A DNA stretch of 54,729 nucleotides from Folioceros fuciformis (lineage: Eukaryota), in assembly GCA_049999805.1 (NCBI GenBank), contig JBNGIO010005336.1, positions 1-54,729 on the forward strand. Direction: 5' to 3'. Below, piece by piece: positions 1-12,418 of the stretch (the first letter of the stretch is position 1; each line of letters opens with the position of its first letter). Both the position numbers and the translations under genes were made by a program. Under the pieces are notes generated by a model, which saw nothing but the letters and a program-made list of their open reading frames with translations, did not search any database and was not told where the DNA came from.

Positions 1-461
1 ACTAATATTATATACTTAATCTTATTATAACTTTATAATAAATAAAATAAGAAATAAACTTCAAATTTACCTCAAAAAATGGGTTATTTTTACTTTGAAA
101 CTTGTTTCAAAGAAGACCTAACCTGCTTTAAAACTTCTTTTTCAATTTATTAATTCTTAATTGTAGATATAGTATCATTTGGTTGTTGCTCTATACGTAT
201 AACCACAAGTGCATCTTCCACTTGAGCACAACCTAAAATAGGCCTTTCTTGATAATATTCTGCAGAAGAATTTTCAACATTGACAACTTCGTTTTCAGGT
301 GGAGGTTGAACAGAAGCCCATGTATTATTTGCATCTGGAGTAAAAAAAGATAGCAGGCTCTTCCGCTAGATGCGCAAACACAAGCTCCTCTAATGGAAGG
401 GGTTGGTTGCTGGAAGCCAGAGAAGGCGTGCTGGCGGAGGCCCTAGATAGCACATGCGTTT

Positions 462-690
462 GTCACCTCATAATAAACAAATTCTTGTGAAGAGATAGGA
501 GGGGTTAATCATGCTGTTTCAAGTCCTAAATCCCTCATTTAACAAAGAAGCATTTATATTTCTATGTAATCTATATTGAGTCACCTCATAATTAACAAAT
601 ATTTGTGAAGACATAGGAGGGGTTAATCATGTTGTTTCAACTACCAAATCCCTCATTTAACAAAGAAGTATTTATATTTCTATGTAATCT
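462..690. repeat. Tandem direct repeat, two copies, period ~118 bp
   Basis: gtcacctcataa...atttctatgtaatct at 462-572 and again at 580-690 with scattered substitutions. Confidence 0.9.
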
Positions 691-1073
691 GAACAAAAAT
701 CTTGACGTGCTTGGTTGACTTACTGTTACTCGTCATGATTATCAACATTTTATGTCTCAAAACTAAGTGGATTCAAGTCTGTATCTTACACACTACCACT
801 TGCTCTCTTGCTATAATTTGGAGTGTTTTCAACAATTTCTAATGATTTTCTCTTTTATCATGGATATGCCAAGCTTTTTTATTGCATTGTGAATATCTAT
901 ATTATCCATACTATTTTAGTATAATATATATAATTTTATATTATAAAATCAAAATAATATTTATAGAATTGAACTATAATAATTAGGAATACTTATTTTC
1001 ATAAAATAAGTAGCATATAATATTTATAGGAAAATAATATTTATTCTTACTCCCCTATTAGGGAATACCCAAA

Positions 1074-1310
1074 CCTGTAATGAAAGGTATAACATTTAGA
1101 GAGGTCACATCTAGAGAGCCTGTAACGAAAGGTATAATATTTAGAGAGGTCACATCTAGAGAGNNNNNNNNNNNNNNNNNNNNNNNNNNNNNNNNNNNNN
1201 NNNNNNNNNNNNNNNNNNNNNNNNNNNNNNNNNNNNNNNNNNNNNNNNNNNNNNNNNNNNNNNAGCCTGTAACGAAAGGTATAATATTTAGAGAGGTCAC
1301 ATCTAGAGAG
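1074..1310. repeat. 45-bp tandem repeat spanning an assembly gap
   Basis: cctgtaaYgaaaggtataaYatttagagaggtcacatctagagag at 1074, 1119 and 1266. The N gap at 1164-1263 means copy number is unknown. Confidence 0.8.
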
Positions 1311-2497
1311 GGTCGACTGTATAGTAGTGTGTCCAGAATACGATGGTACAGTAGTGTTGGACACACGGCAAGGCATGGCCTCGTGCAGGGGTCAGGTCCC
1401 ATAATGGCTTCCTCTCGATCTTTCCAAAATTTGTCCCCTTGTCTTAATAACTGAAACGATTCTCTTGCTTATGAATCTTCTGGCTTCCTGAATCCTTGTG
1501 CTCTGTCTCAGGAAATAAGGCAGTGGCGTCTGAGAGCGCACCACGTGTCTCGGCCCACCACACCGATGCGGGCCATGGCTGCTCCAGTTCAGTCCCAAGT
1601 TGGGACTCCCAACTCCTCAGCCCTTATCTTTCAGCCCGCCCTGTTTGCATTGTTGTCTCAGGCTTTATCTGGGAACGGTCTGGGATGCAGTCACGTGCAA
1701 GGGATGTTGGTACTCTGTGAGAGGTCTCTATCCAGCAAGCATAAAGTTCCGCAGCCCGATGTAGTAAGGAGGTGTGACGGCGTGAATTGCTTGCCTTGCG
1801 GAGCCAGGACTACAGGCTTGTGCAGGTTGGTGACTTTAGTGGAGGTGGGTGGCACTTGATTCCTGAGGGCCGTTGCCGTTTCTGTTTACTGCGTGATCAT
1901 CTCGTCATGGAAAGGAATTGCTATTACATCTGTTGATCAATTCAAGGATCATTAGAAGTCTACCAGGACTCAGAATCTCTGTATACGACAAGTCCATCCA
2001 CCATACCCATCTCATCTGCGTGAGAGGGTGGTGACCGCGCCATCCCTGCACGAGACATGATGCAGCTGCGAATCACTTTGAATGAAGCACTCGAGATACC
2101 AGGAAGGTGCATAGCTTGTGCTTATCAAGTCACATGGCCCTAAATGCTCTGAGGACCTTGTTGTATCTGTCACGCTGGATTCGACTTGTCTGAACGTGCC
2201 GAAAGAAACATGTCCATGGATCCCTGTTCGCCGACAGACATGAAGTCCGACTCCTTGGGCCTTCGGAAGCCAGACTCCACTTTGAACCAACACGGGACGC
2301 ATCGGACTCCAGTCCTTATCCTCTGGTTTGGGTGCACAAATTCCGTAATCAGAACGTTTCATATTTTCGCACAACCAGTTGTAGATGTGACGGTCAGTCC
2401 CTTGTCTGACTACGACGCACCCATGTTGAGCTCATCTGCATCCTAACTTCATTGACATATATCTGGCTGGCATCTGAAGCATCAGGGCCTGTAGAAT

Positions 2498-4437
2498 TCA
2501 GATATGTTGCAGTGTCTTCCTTTCCTTTCGACGTCCGTGCTGTGTCTGCAATCGTTTGAATGCGACGATCGCTGCCATCGCCAAAACCAATAGTGTCTCA
2601 GCCAGATCCCAATGGCACGACACGCAACGGATCCTAGTCCCCAGATCCGTGGCAGATTCCACGCAGTCAAACGTGAAGGGCCTTCCACACCCTGATCCCA
2701 AGGCCACGCTTGCAGAACACCACCTCAACTCGTGTGACGGACTGGATCCAAGAGGTTTGTCCATCCTGTTGGAGCGTTTGAGTCGATTTGATCGAAGTCG
2801 CTCCATCCTGTGTGAAACAGCCGTCTGACGCGGGCCTGGGGGCGAAGGCTTAGGACCAAGTGCCTTAGCTCCGGAGGCTTTCTCCCCGATGAACACAAGG
2901 GGTATGAGACCGAGAAGGCAGCCCAATGTGATGCCAAGGGAGGACCCAACAGTCTCTGCCCACCATGCCTCTTTGGAGTTCATTTGCAGGGTGGAGACTT
3001 TGAGTTCTGGCATAAGTGGTGTACAGAACCCGTCAATGTACCCAGAGAACGCAGTCCCTAGAAAATCAGAGACTGCGTTCCCTAGTCCTGCGGACTGCAA
3101 TCAAATCAAGAAACAGCACGGTGAGATTCTTTTCTCGGTTCCATCAATCGGTATATGCTCCCAAAACCGTGAAGCCCCCATGCTACAGGAGATTAATGTA
3201 CCGTCAGAGTTGTCAGGCCAAACATGGCACCAAGGCTGTTCTCAATGGCATCCCCGGCTATAATCATTACTGCATTGTCTGCAGCGAACATGAGGATGGT
3301 TCAGAGGCAGCAGAAATCATGGCTGACGCAGACGCATCTCACAGTGAAGCAGTAAACAAAAGTTTGAAATGTTCGAACAGCAGAGGAGATGGAGTTAGTA
3401 CTTGTCCACACCTACAAAACCAAAACCCAGCATCCCTGTAGAGGACGTCGGTTGTAGAGAAAAAACATGTGGTCAGTACACAGAATGCAGAAGTTACCGA
3501 CCCTCCTATACGCTTTGCACAACTCTAGAAGTACGGCAAGAATTTTCTTTGGGAAGGAGACGGATCTTCTGTACCGACTGCAGCTCTGATCCCAAGGTTG
3601 AAAATCTGATAGACCGTCAGTGGCCTGGAGGACAACATCTCCTGTGCCTCTAAATAGTTCGCAAACTCCTCCTTATCAAGCACACCGTCCGCATTTTTGT
3701 CCGCCTCCTTAAACAGCAGGTCAGCCGTGGAATGATCGGAGGCTGCATGCCCAAGAGGACAGTGTCACCCACAAGATTACTTCGCCTGCCCCTTGATCGA
3801 CCCTCAAAAGTTTTCACAAGGAGAGCTTTCAAGTAGTACCACTGGAATACAGAGCACATAGCAGAGCAGCTCTGCCTCGCTGATCGATAGCTGTGACAAG
3901 CTCAGTCGCTGCCTTGATGGCATTGCTGGATTCATCTTCAAGAAGCTTCCGCATGTCGGTCACCACACCTTCGCCCTCGTGTCTGGACGTGCATCGCAAT
4001 CTGCCAGACTGGTGCCATCGTTCCCATCGGCAGCGCTCTAACGTGCTTGGCCTCCTGATCGTGTCTTTCAGATGACTTTGATCAGACTTCACACCGTCCC
4101 TCAGCCTCTCTGCACGATAAGAAGCTCCGCTGGTCCCCGCCCTCCAGATCAGGGGCAGGTCAGCAGCAAGAGCAGCCTCGTCCCAAGGTTTCCAAGTATG
4201 GGGTTTTCCCAATCCGTGCCGGTGGTTGGACGTTGCAGCTGTGGGGAACGTCGACCTCGAGGTGTGGGTGATGCACTGCGCATGATCCTCTTGTCTGAAT
4301 TGAGTCTGGCAACTGAGGCCGAAGGCGCAACTGTCACCTGGGCTTGCGCATCTCAAGGCAGCTAATGATTGACAAGCTTGGGACAGCTCGGAACATGCCC
4401 GCAGGTGGAGACCGGGGTTCATCAGATATTGCGGCAT
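2498..4437 (-). CDS. TMEM65: EF-hand-containing TMEM65-family membrane protein (spliced; both termini uncertain)
   Basis: Phase-compatible GT-AG exons 4437-3840, 3742-3575, 3435-3412, 3278-3202 and 3094-(2498) give ...LFKEADKNADGVLDKEEFANY...RAAVGMLGFGFVDNAVMIIAGDAIENSLGAMFGLTTLTSAGLGNAVSDFLG...GITLGCLLGLIPL. These match the TMEM65 signatures GFGFxDNAxMIxAG, AxLGNxxSD and GCxLGxxPL. Confidence 0.8.
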
Positions 4438-5382
4438 TGCTGCTCCAATGTGGGAGTGAAACCATCGTCCAGGCTACAAGGAGTCCTCGATGTCAGGTAC
4501 AGGGTCGCAATCGGACCCGGAACTGCAGGAAGAAGATATGAGAACGTTGGTGGTGCAGACAACAAGGAACACCAAACTCCAGTACAGTGTGGCCAACATC
4601 TTGAGCAGCTGTTGCAGCTATTAGAGCTCTGACGATATCTTCACAAATCGTAAGAGGCAGGAACGTGATCGCTGTCGCACAAGGCGTAGATGCTCACAAA
4701 CGCTACCAGCTTCTGAGACCGAAGATTGTGCATTTAGGGCCCCTTTCCTGGGATGAATGGCGGTTATGGCCGTTGGCATGCCCCCCGCGCGGCTAAACCG
4801 NNNNNNNNNNNNNNNNNNNNNNNNNNNNNNNNNNNNNNNNNNNNNNNNNNNNNNNNNNNNNNNNNNNNNNNNNNNNNNNNNNNNNNNNNNNNNNNNNNNN
4901 CGGCTAAACCGCGCGGCTGCCGCGTTCCCCTGACACTAGAGTTTCCTGGGTCTCCAAGCTTCTTTCTCACATCTCAAATTCCCAGCAAGAAACAGCGCGG
5001 TGTGACGGATTTGCATGTGCACGCTCCCTTTCTTGTAACCTGCACAAGGTGTGGTGATGACCGACATCCAGAATTGCGTTGCAACCAGCAAATGCACATG
5101 CGCTACCCGTAAATCGTTTGTGACTGGTGGTCCTGTGACAGCCCCACGATATTGCACTGATTGCGACCCACGTCTCTAAGATCTGCATACACAGTTGCTG
5201 GTGGCATAATGGACATCATCACGCAACCATTTTGCGCGATGAGCCTGTTCCGGTGAGAACAAATCCAGACTTGTCTGGTGCAGATTAGTTTGGTCTCGCC
5301 TGCACGGTATTCCCGGTTAATGTGAAATGATGGATGCTCAACCCATGACAGCAAGAAGCGGCTACCGAGGTCGGAGCAAGCC

Positions 5383-6372
5383 ATGGCGGAGGCTTCCGAT
5401 TTAGGACCCATCAACCTGGTCTTGGACGGGAACCACCTCACCTTTGACGATGGAGTCTGGGAAGCAGGTCAGTCTGCTGGGCTATCATTTTTTTTCACTT
5501 CATGGGTGGAGCAGCGACTATTCCCCCATCCAACAATGGTGCACACTGACGGAAAGAAACCGTAACGGCATTCGCATAGATTATGAAGGAGCCGTTCAAG
5601 AAGGGGCATCAGGGGGGAACCTGGAAAAGGAACTTGTGGAGCTCCGGCGAGAGAAAAAGAGGATGGTGAGCTTCGTTTGTGACGCTCAACTGTGGGACAG
5701 CTAGCTGGAGAGACAGTGACTTGGCAGGAAGGCTGTCTCCAGTCCGTTCGTTGTTATCAGTTGATAAGAGTGGAACCGTGTCTGACAAAAAGCGTTTGTT
5801 GGTACTGTGAGAGAGTGCAGAAAAAAGAACTGGAAAAGTATGCAGCTCAAGTAGCTGAAGTCAAGGAGCTCCGGGAGAAGTGGAATCTGCTGGACTTCAA
5901 GTACCAGCTGCTACTTGACATGGTAGGCCACCACGCATGCTTTCTTCAAATGGCTTGCTTGAAAGTGAGGCAAGGGAGCAGTAAGGGAGAAAAAGGATGT
6001 GGAAAGAACGAGAGGTCATCACCACGATGGTCGGGTTACAACATCATTTTCATGTTTCTCTGTTTGTACAATGGCCTTGTTGGCACCCCTACTAGTCATG
6101 TGTCACTGGTACCCTACACACCGCAAAGTTGTACTGGAAGCCAAGTGGTCCGCACAAACAAGGGTTGCATGAGTGTTTTCCTCTGGCTCTGTCGTGGTCA
6201 ATGCGTAGGTGGATCTGTTATCTCGGATCTGAGTGCATACCTGTTGCGTGTCTGGAACTTGCAGTGGACAATGAGGGTTCTTGACCATGAGGAAGAGGGA
6301 GGAGGAGGAGGGCAAGGGCAAGGGCAAGCACAAAAATCGCGATCAGTTCGGTCATCGGTCACCGGCATCTGA
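5383..6372 (+). CDS. CBY1: Chibby-family coiled-coil basal-body protein (4 exons, ~126 aa)
   Basis: Exons 5383-5467, 5580-5665, 5821-5922 and 6265-6372 (GT-AG, in phase, 381 nt). GPINLVLDGNHLTFDDGVW and EKWNLLDFKYQLLLDM parallel the Chibby motifs GSPTMNLAGQSLKFENGQW and EENNLLRLKVDILLDM. Confidence 0.75.
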
Positions 6373-7684
6373 TGTGATCCTTCTCACACACAAGAAGAGG
6401 TCACGATGCACGTCAGGTATGTTGTACCAGGAACGTATCATCCAGCAGCTTGCAAGGGGCATAGGCGTCCATTTGTCTGCTTCTCACTTGTTAACTGCTG
6501 CGTCTGCACATGGGATCAGACTCACTCACGTCACAGCGGTGCTGCTAGTAGAGAGGTAGATCGTGTAAGGACGACCCCTCCCCGTCAGTAGAGTCTCATC
6601 TAGCGCGTGAAGGCCCCGGGGCCCCCACCTAAAGGTCCAAGAGAGGAGGAAGGTGTTATGGTCGAGGTCAAGCACATCACGTCAAACCCATGAGAGGAGA
6701 AGAGAAAGGGAAAAAAAAGGGTGGACGGTGCACGTCAGGCTCTTCAACATGCCAAGGGTGTCTTCACGTGACCTCCTGACACCGACGCATCGAGATCGGT
6801 ACACAGGAGTTGCAACTTGCGAATTGAGCCCTTGCTTGCTCCTCAAGCATCCATATGCCTATAACTGTCGTCAGCAAGCCTGCATGCTCCTGTTTCCAAC
6901 AACAAAGATCCATCAAGAAAAGCAAGTCGTATGATCTCTCACCAGCCCCGGTCGGCACTGTTCCAAACCTTAAAAAAACAAGAACAAGGTACCCACGTGA
7001 GGAGCAGGAACAGGCGCCATGTGCAATGATATTCCCTGCGCAGCACCGGCCAGTAGCAGCAGCGACAGAGAAAGAATGAGGCAGCAAGTAGGCATGGTGT
7101 AGATCAAGTCAAGGCTCCTGGTGCATCTACCTGCACAGGAAGCGATGGAGGTTCCAAATGCGCAGGCGGATAACAATGTCCCTGTCCGGGCGTCAGCTAG
7201 CTAAGTAAGAGACAGAGAAGAGGAATGTCTTGCGTGCAGGCAGCCTAGAGTCAAGGGACAGCAGCGTCTTGTGTAGGTTTTAGATTACAACAATAGTGGC
7301 TATGGCCTTAGGTAGAGGCAGAAGCTAAGCTGTGGGGTTGGCTCCATGCAGTCCTTCCTTTCTTCCTCACGTATTTTACATCCGGTGGTGACGCCTCCTT
7401 CCGTCCTTCCTTCTTGCCTGCCTTGTCCCCATCTAATGGTGATGCCTCCTTCATGCCTGCAGTCTCCCCTTGCAGAGCAAACATCGAAAAGCAGGGACGG
7501 CAAAGGAAACCCTAGGCCATAATCTCCACAAAAGGCAAGCAAAGCCCTAGCTCCATGGCATCCGATCCGATCCTCTATCCGATCCAATAGCCTCCTCCTC
7601 CGTTCTCCTACAGCTGCGCTGTGCGATGAAGTGAATGGGTAAAGAAACAAGAAGAAGAAGCAGTAGAAAAGGGGAAGAAGAGGA

Positions 7685-8893
7685 TCATGACGATGACGAA
7701 AGGTGCGCCCGGACGAGGGGGACGAGAGACTGGACGACGTCGGTCATGAGAGGGCGGTAATCGGCCTCAGGCTGCACGCACATGGCGGCGATGGCGGCAA
7801 CCTGAATGAGCTCCTTGACGGGGAAGTGGCCGCCGAGGGCAGGGTCCACCATCTCGATGAGCTTGTCGCGGTCGGTGAGACGGGGAAGGGCCCAGGAGAC
7901 GAGCACGCCCTGGCCGGGGGGGCGCTTCATGTCTACAGGGACGCGGCCGGTGATGAGCTCGAGCAGCACGACGCCATAGCTGTAGACGTCGGACTTGGTG
8001 GTGAGATGGCCGGTGAGGGCGTACTCGGGGGCGACGTAGCCCGTAGTGCCAAGGACCCGGGTGGAAACATGGCCTCCAACCTTCTCAGATCCGTGCTTGG
8101 CGAGGCCGAAGTCGGACACCTTGGCATTGAACCTGTCGTCGAGCAAGATGTTGGAGCTCTTGAGATCGCGGTGGATGATGGGAGGGCGCACCAGCTCGTG
8201 CAAGTATTCCAGCCCCCTGGCCGCGTCCAGGGCGATGCGCATGCGCTTGCGCCAGTCCAGCACCTGGGTGGGCCTCACGTAGGCAGAGATGTCCGGGTAG
8301 AGATGCTCCTGAAGGCTGCCGTTGGGCATGAACTCGTAAACGAGGAGGCGGTGATCCTGGTCCGCGCAGTAGCCAATGAGGTCGAGCAGGAAGTGCGAGT
8401 GCAGACGGGAGAGCATATCCACCTCCACCCGGAACTCGTGATCCCCCTGCTTCCCGGCCCAATCCAGCTGCTTGATGGCCGCCACCCTTCCATCCGGGAG
8501 CGTCCCTCTGTACACACAGCCGAAGCCGCCATGCCCCACCACCTTCACCGGGCTGAAGTTGTCCGTGGCCTGCTGCAGCAGGCGGTATGTGAAGACTTGC
8601 GCCTCGGAGGCCAGCCCCCGAGCCAGCCTGGGTGCCACGAGGCTGTACTCCTGGCCCGCCAGCCCCATCCCCATCGCCGGCTTGATGTTGCTGCAGCTGC
8701 CATTCCCCTTGAGCTGCTGCTTGAGCTGCTTGTTGCACAGCCCGCTCCCATTCTGCCGCACCTTCCTCCGGATATAGCAATAGTACCCCAGCGCCACGCA
8801 AGACGACACCACGGCCACCAGCGCAATTGCGATGATCACCACCAGCGCAATGCTGCAATGCAAGAAGGAGAGAAAATGATTAAAGCACGACAT
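7685..8893 (-). CDS. Pelle/RLK-family Ser/Thr kinase with a single N-terminal TM helix (PBL7-like), intronless kinase domain
   Basis: TM segment IALVVIIAIALVAVVSSCVALGYY followed by RRK. Kinase motifs GHGGFGCVY, AIKQL, HRDLKSSNILL, DFGLAK, GTTGYVAPEY and KSDVYSYGV are all present. Confidence 0.95.
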   Translation of the reverse strand: MSCFNHFLSFLHCSIALVVIIAIALVAVVSSCVALGYYCYIRRKVRQNGSGLCNKQLKQQLKGNGSCSNIKPAMGMGLAGQEYSLVAPRLARGLASEAQVFTYRLLQQATDNFSPVKVVGHGGFGCVYRGTLPDGRVAAIKQLDWAGKQGDHEFRVEVDMLSRLHSHFLLDLIGYCADQDHRLLVYEFMPNGSLQEHLYPDISAYVRPTQVLDWRKRMRIALDAARGLEYLHELVRPPIIHRDLKSSNILLDDRFNAKVSDFGLAKHGSEKVGGHVSTRVLGTTGYVAPEYALTGHLTTKSDVYSYGVVLLELITGRVPVDMKRPPGQGVLVSWALPRLTDRDKLIEMVDPALGGHFPVKELIQVAAIAAMCVQPEADYRPLMTDVVQSLVPLVRAHLSSSS

Positions 8894-11800
8894 GTTGTGA
8901 TCAAGGCTCCGCCACGGCTGCCCCTATGGCGAGGGCGGCAGACAGTGTTGTGCAAGCTTGACTGCCCAGCTCATCAATTCCCCCTAGGCCTGCCTCATTT
9001 TTTCCCCCTCCTCCTTTCCCACCACCCATTTCCACCACCACCACCACCACTCCACATCATGTCATCAGGCTATAGCATCACATGTTCCAGTTCCACTACT
9101 TGCCTCCCTGACATGCTTCCTCCTGCTCTCCTGCTGCTGCTGTTGCTGTTCTTGTTGCCTAGCTGCCCGTAACTTCTTTCCTTCTTCTTCTTCTTGTTGT
9201 TGGAATCGCTGTGTGTCGGGCAGTTAACATTCCATGGAGCGTCACGGACTGCGGCAGTCAGCTGCCAGCCGTTCTTTAAAGCGGGGAACAACTCTTGCCA
9301 AGAGCAATGGACAGAGCAGGCCCGCCATGGCAGAAGGGGCAACAGTAGAGAGAACAAAAAGGCGGGCAGGGAGAGCGAGAGCGACAGGACAATGCTACAC
9401 TCCAACTGGTTCCCCCTTCCTTCCCTCTCCTAGAATAAGATGCACCCACTGCCCTCTGCATCACTCATCTCTTTCGCACGCACACAGACAGAGACACACA
9501 TACTCGATCACAACACACAAGGCACTGATGAAGGCACAGAGGCGTCGCGCCAGCGAAGGCACCCATGACAGCTCTGGAAGGTGTAACCAGAGCAGAAAAG
9601 GCTGCGAGCAAGGGCCGCCGCGAGCGACCACCTACCAAGACCAGCGTCAGCGTCCAAGAGGCGCTGCTGCTTCCCCCTCTGAGCCCGCGTCTGCATCTGC
9701 CGCTCCTGCTGCAGGCTTCCCTGTGGAGCCACCACCAGCCAGGCACGCAGGCGCAGGAGCAGGAGCAGGCTCATCAGGCCCAGGCTCTCAGGCCCATTCG
9801 CAGGCGCAGGCGCAGGCGCAGGCCAGGCTCGTCAGAGGGACCGCATTCCCATGATGGGCGACGCAGGGGCGGGCCACGGCCTTCCGTCCCACTATCCGGA
9901 CGGCCCGTCCGAGCTGCCGCGGCGAAACTGAGTTCCGCCGCAAGGTGTACGGCTCCGGATAACGGAACGCCATCGTCTTCCTCCCACGGGAGGAGTTCCC
10001 AGACCTCGGGGATCGGAATGCCACCCGCGCTTTAGGAGTCCTGCCACTTCCTGCCTTCTCATAAATAAATGGCAATCCGGACATGAATGAGCTCGCACCC
10101 GGAGGCCCGCGCCGTGTGGGCCTCTGCGTTGCCGTCCTTCGCTCGCTCAAATTTCGAAACCGCCCCAACGGCAACAAAAAAAGATACATACCCATGCACA
10201 CAGCCAGAGACAGCGGCTGTGTGGCCAGCCAACAGGAGCGAGGAAAAAGGTGGGCTGCCAGTGCCAGACCTCCCAAGCCCAAGCCCAAGCTCGGCCCGCC
10301 CCGGGTCCCCCCATTGACGTCCGTCCTGTCAGGGGGGCTGTGGCCGTCTAGTAAGCCCGGCGAAACCACGGCGGCGAAACCTCGACTCCCCAACACCCGC
10401 ATTATTTACACCGGTCGCGACCCCGGGCTGGGCCAGTTTGAACACCCTTCTTCTTCCATGTATATAATCATGTCGGCTGCGCGGCAGGACAGGGCTCATT
10501 TGGTGACACTAATCCCTCTTTGTACCTGTACCTGAGAAACAGAACCTGAACCTGTACCCGTGCACGTTAGCCACCCGGGAAGCCTCACGTGTAGGCCGTT
10601 CATTCACGCTTCCGTTACGTTAAGCAACTTAAGTATGTTTGTGGGTACAGGCCTAATGCAGCGCAAAAACTGTGAAGGAGCCACTGTGGATTCGGAGGCT
10701 GCGATAGATAGAGATACGAAGGGCAGCACAGGCAAACCACAAGCAGCAAACAGCTGCTATCCTAATCGAGGCTGTGGTTATGCGTGTACAATACGCAAGT
10801 TCGGGAAGGGAACAAACGGGACGCCCACAACTGAAGTCGATTGGACTGGACTGAACTGAATTGACGTGAAGGAAAGTGAAGTGGTGTGGAGACAAGCCTC
10901 CGCCTTGGCCTTTCCGACATGACAAGCCATGTGATTGCTTGCGGGAAAAGCGCAAGACGGCGGACGCCATTGGTTTTAGCTTTTGGCCTAAAAGCTTGCC
11001 GCAGTATACTACTCTTATTATATTACTAAACAACAGGAGGCAGACGCTTGAAACATGGACAAGAAGCATGTGAAGCGTATGAGTGTCGAGGATCCTGACT
11101 TAACGCCATCTCCTAGGTCCTCCAGGATGTCTCTTCCACATGGAGCCACCCAATGGCATGTCCTACTCTTCTGCTTTACGTGGCACTTGATCCATTGGGC
11201 ATATCCATCTGCGACCTTAGCCACTCCGACACACACACACACTGTGCCCCCTCCTGAACAGCTCAAAATACTGTACAGCGTGAACAGTGGATGTGTGTGT
11301 CCATCCATGCCAGTTCTCCCCGTTGCCTGCGTGTCGTTATGTTTCCGTATCCACCGGGTAAGCTTTGACTGGCCTTTCCCGCTACCCGCCCCTCCACCTT
11401 CGTGGGAGTTTAGCGGGCCCATGACATTGGGATTAAATACTTCTGAATCCTGTGTGGCAATAAATCTTCTCACACAAATGGCACTACACACTAAAAGCTG
11501 GATCGGCGAGGTGATAATCAAAGAGCTTGTTCTGTGTCATCATCCTGGAATCAAGAATCTTGAAAATTTGGTAGTAACGTAAGCATTGGCACCACATTCT
11601 TGGGAGGATAAGAGTTTGATGCCTAGACACAAACTATGGAGCCTAGAGTATTGGCGTTTTGAAGGAGAGGATCCTAGGCACAATCTTGTGAGGACACCAT
11701 TGAGGTGTCTCTAGGGTGTGCAATAAGATTGTGTGCATGTAGGAGTGCGGTGTCTTCAAAGAATACAAGCTGTAGATCGTGAAGAGGAGTCTGTATGCTA

Positions 11801-12313
11801 AAGGAGGAGGTGTTAAGGAGGAGACCAAGGGAAAAAAGCTAAGCTCAAACCACTTTCTCATTATTATATTATTTAGCCTTATCTTGTCTAAAGGAGACAA
11901 AGTTGATAAAAAATTGTACAATAAATTTGAAAATTTTGAATAACTAACGTCCTCAAAATTATAAACTTTGGGGCAATGTAAGTGGCGTGGAGAACCCACA
12001 AGTTTCGTAAGTTTCCTAAACCAACCAATAGAACATAACAACAAAAAGGAAGTTGAATAAGAGTAATGCAAATGGACAATTGCGCAATGTTATCATTCAA
12101 GGCAGGAGGCATGGAAATGCACAAATAAATCTAATGGACAGAATCAACTATAGATGCCTAGAGGTGCCTCTGTCGACTTTGTTGAAAGACGAGAAGACAT
12201 TCGAGGGGATAGCCCAGTAGACATCCACGCGATGCCTCTGTCTTGGCAGGAGCTGAGAGATACCGTCTTGAATGTGCAGGACCTGTGGTTGGCCCTCCCA
12301 ACACATCACCAAC

Positions 12314-12410
12314 CACAATCCTTGATGTTCAATTGGTCCAACCAACAACAGTAGAGTTTGGAAACATCGCTTACCACAATCCTTGATGTTCAATTGGTCC
12401 AACCAACAAT
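12314..12410. repeat. ~36-bp direct repeat
   Basis: accacaatccttgatgttcaattggtccaaccaacaa occurs twice, near 12314 and 12373. Confidence 0.8.
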
Positions 12411-12418
12411 AGCAGTGT

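Larger units (their letters stand above)
1..1319 (-). mobile_element. Probable degenerate pogo/Tc1-mariner-like DNA transposon (one end plus decayed transposase C-terminus)
   Basis: AT-rich block ends abruptly near 1320. On the minus strand it begins TA|CAGTCGACCCTCTCTAGA, a CAGT-type pogo-like TIR next to a TA (1320-1321). The minus strand of ~70-340 reads ...ERPILGCAQVEDALVVIRIEQQPND... with stops and a frameshifted QSK-ITHF resembling the C-terminal PIP box of pogo transposases. The other end is not in the window. Confidence 0.4.

Noticed and set aside
1074-1310. CRISPR-like appearance of the 45-bp repeats
   Set aside because: The repeats are head-to-tail with no spacers, there are no cas genes, and the context is eukaryotic.
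1392-2480. Short ORFs downstream of TMEM65
   Set aside because: No motifs or consistent splice chain; they could be 3' UTR or unresolved exons.
7703-9172. 489-aa plus-strand ORF and other overlapping ORFs on the kinase
   Set aside because: These are antisense or alternate-frame shadows of a high-GC3 gene with no recognisable motifs.
9000-11580. Many GC-rich ORFs upstream of the kinase; scanned by eye for conserved miRNAs and tRNAs
   Set aside because: Low-complexity UTR/promoter-like sequence with no convincing match.
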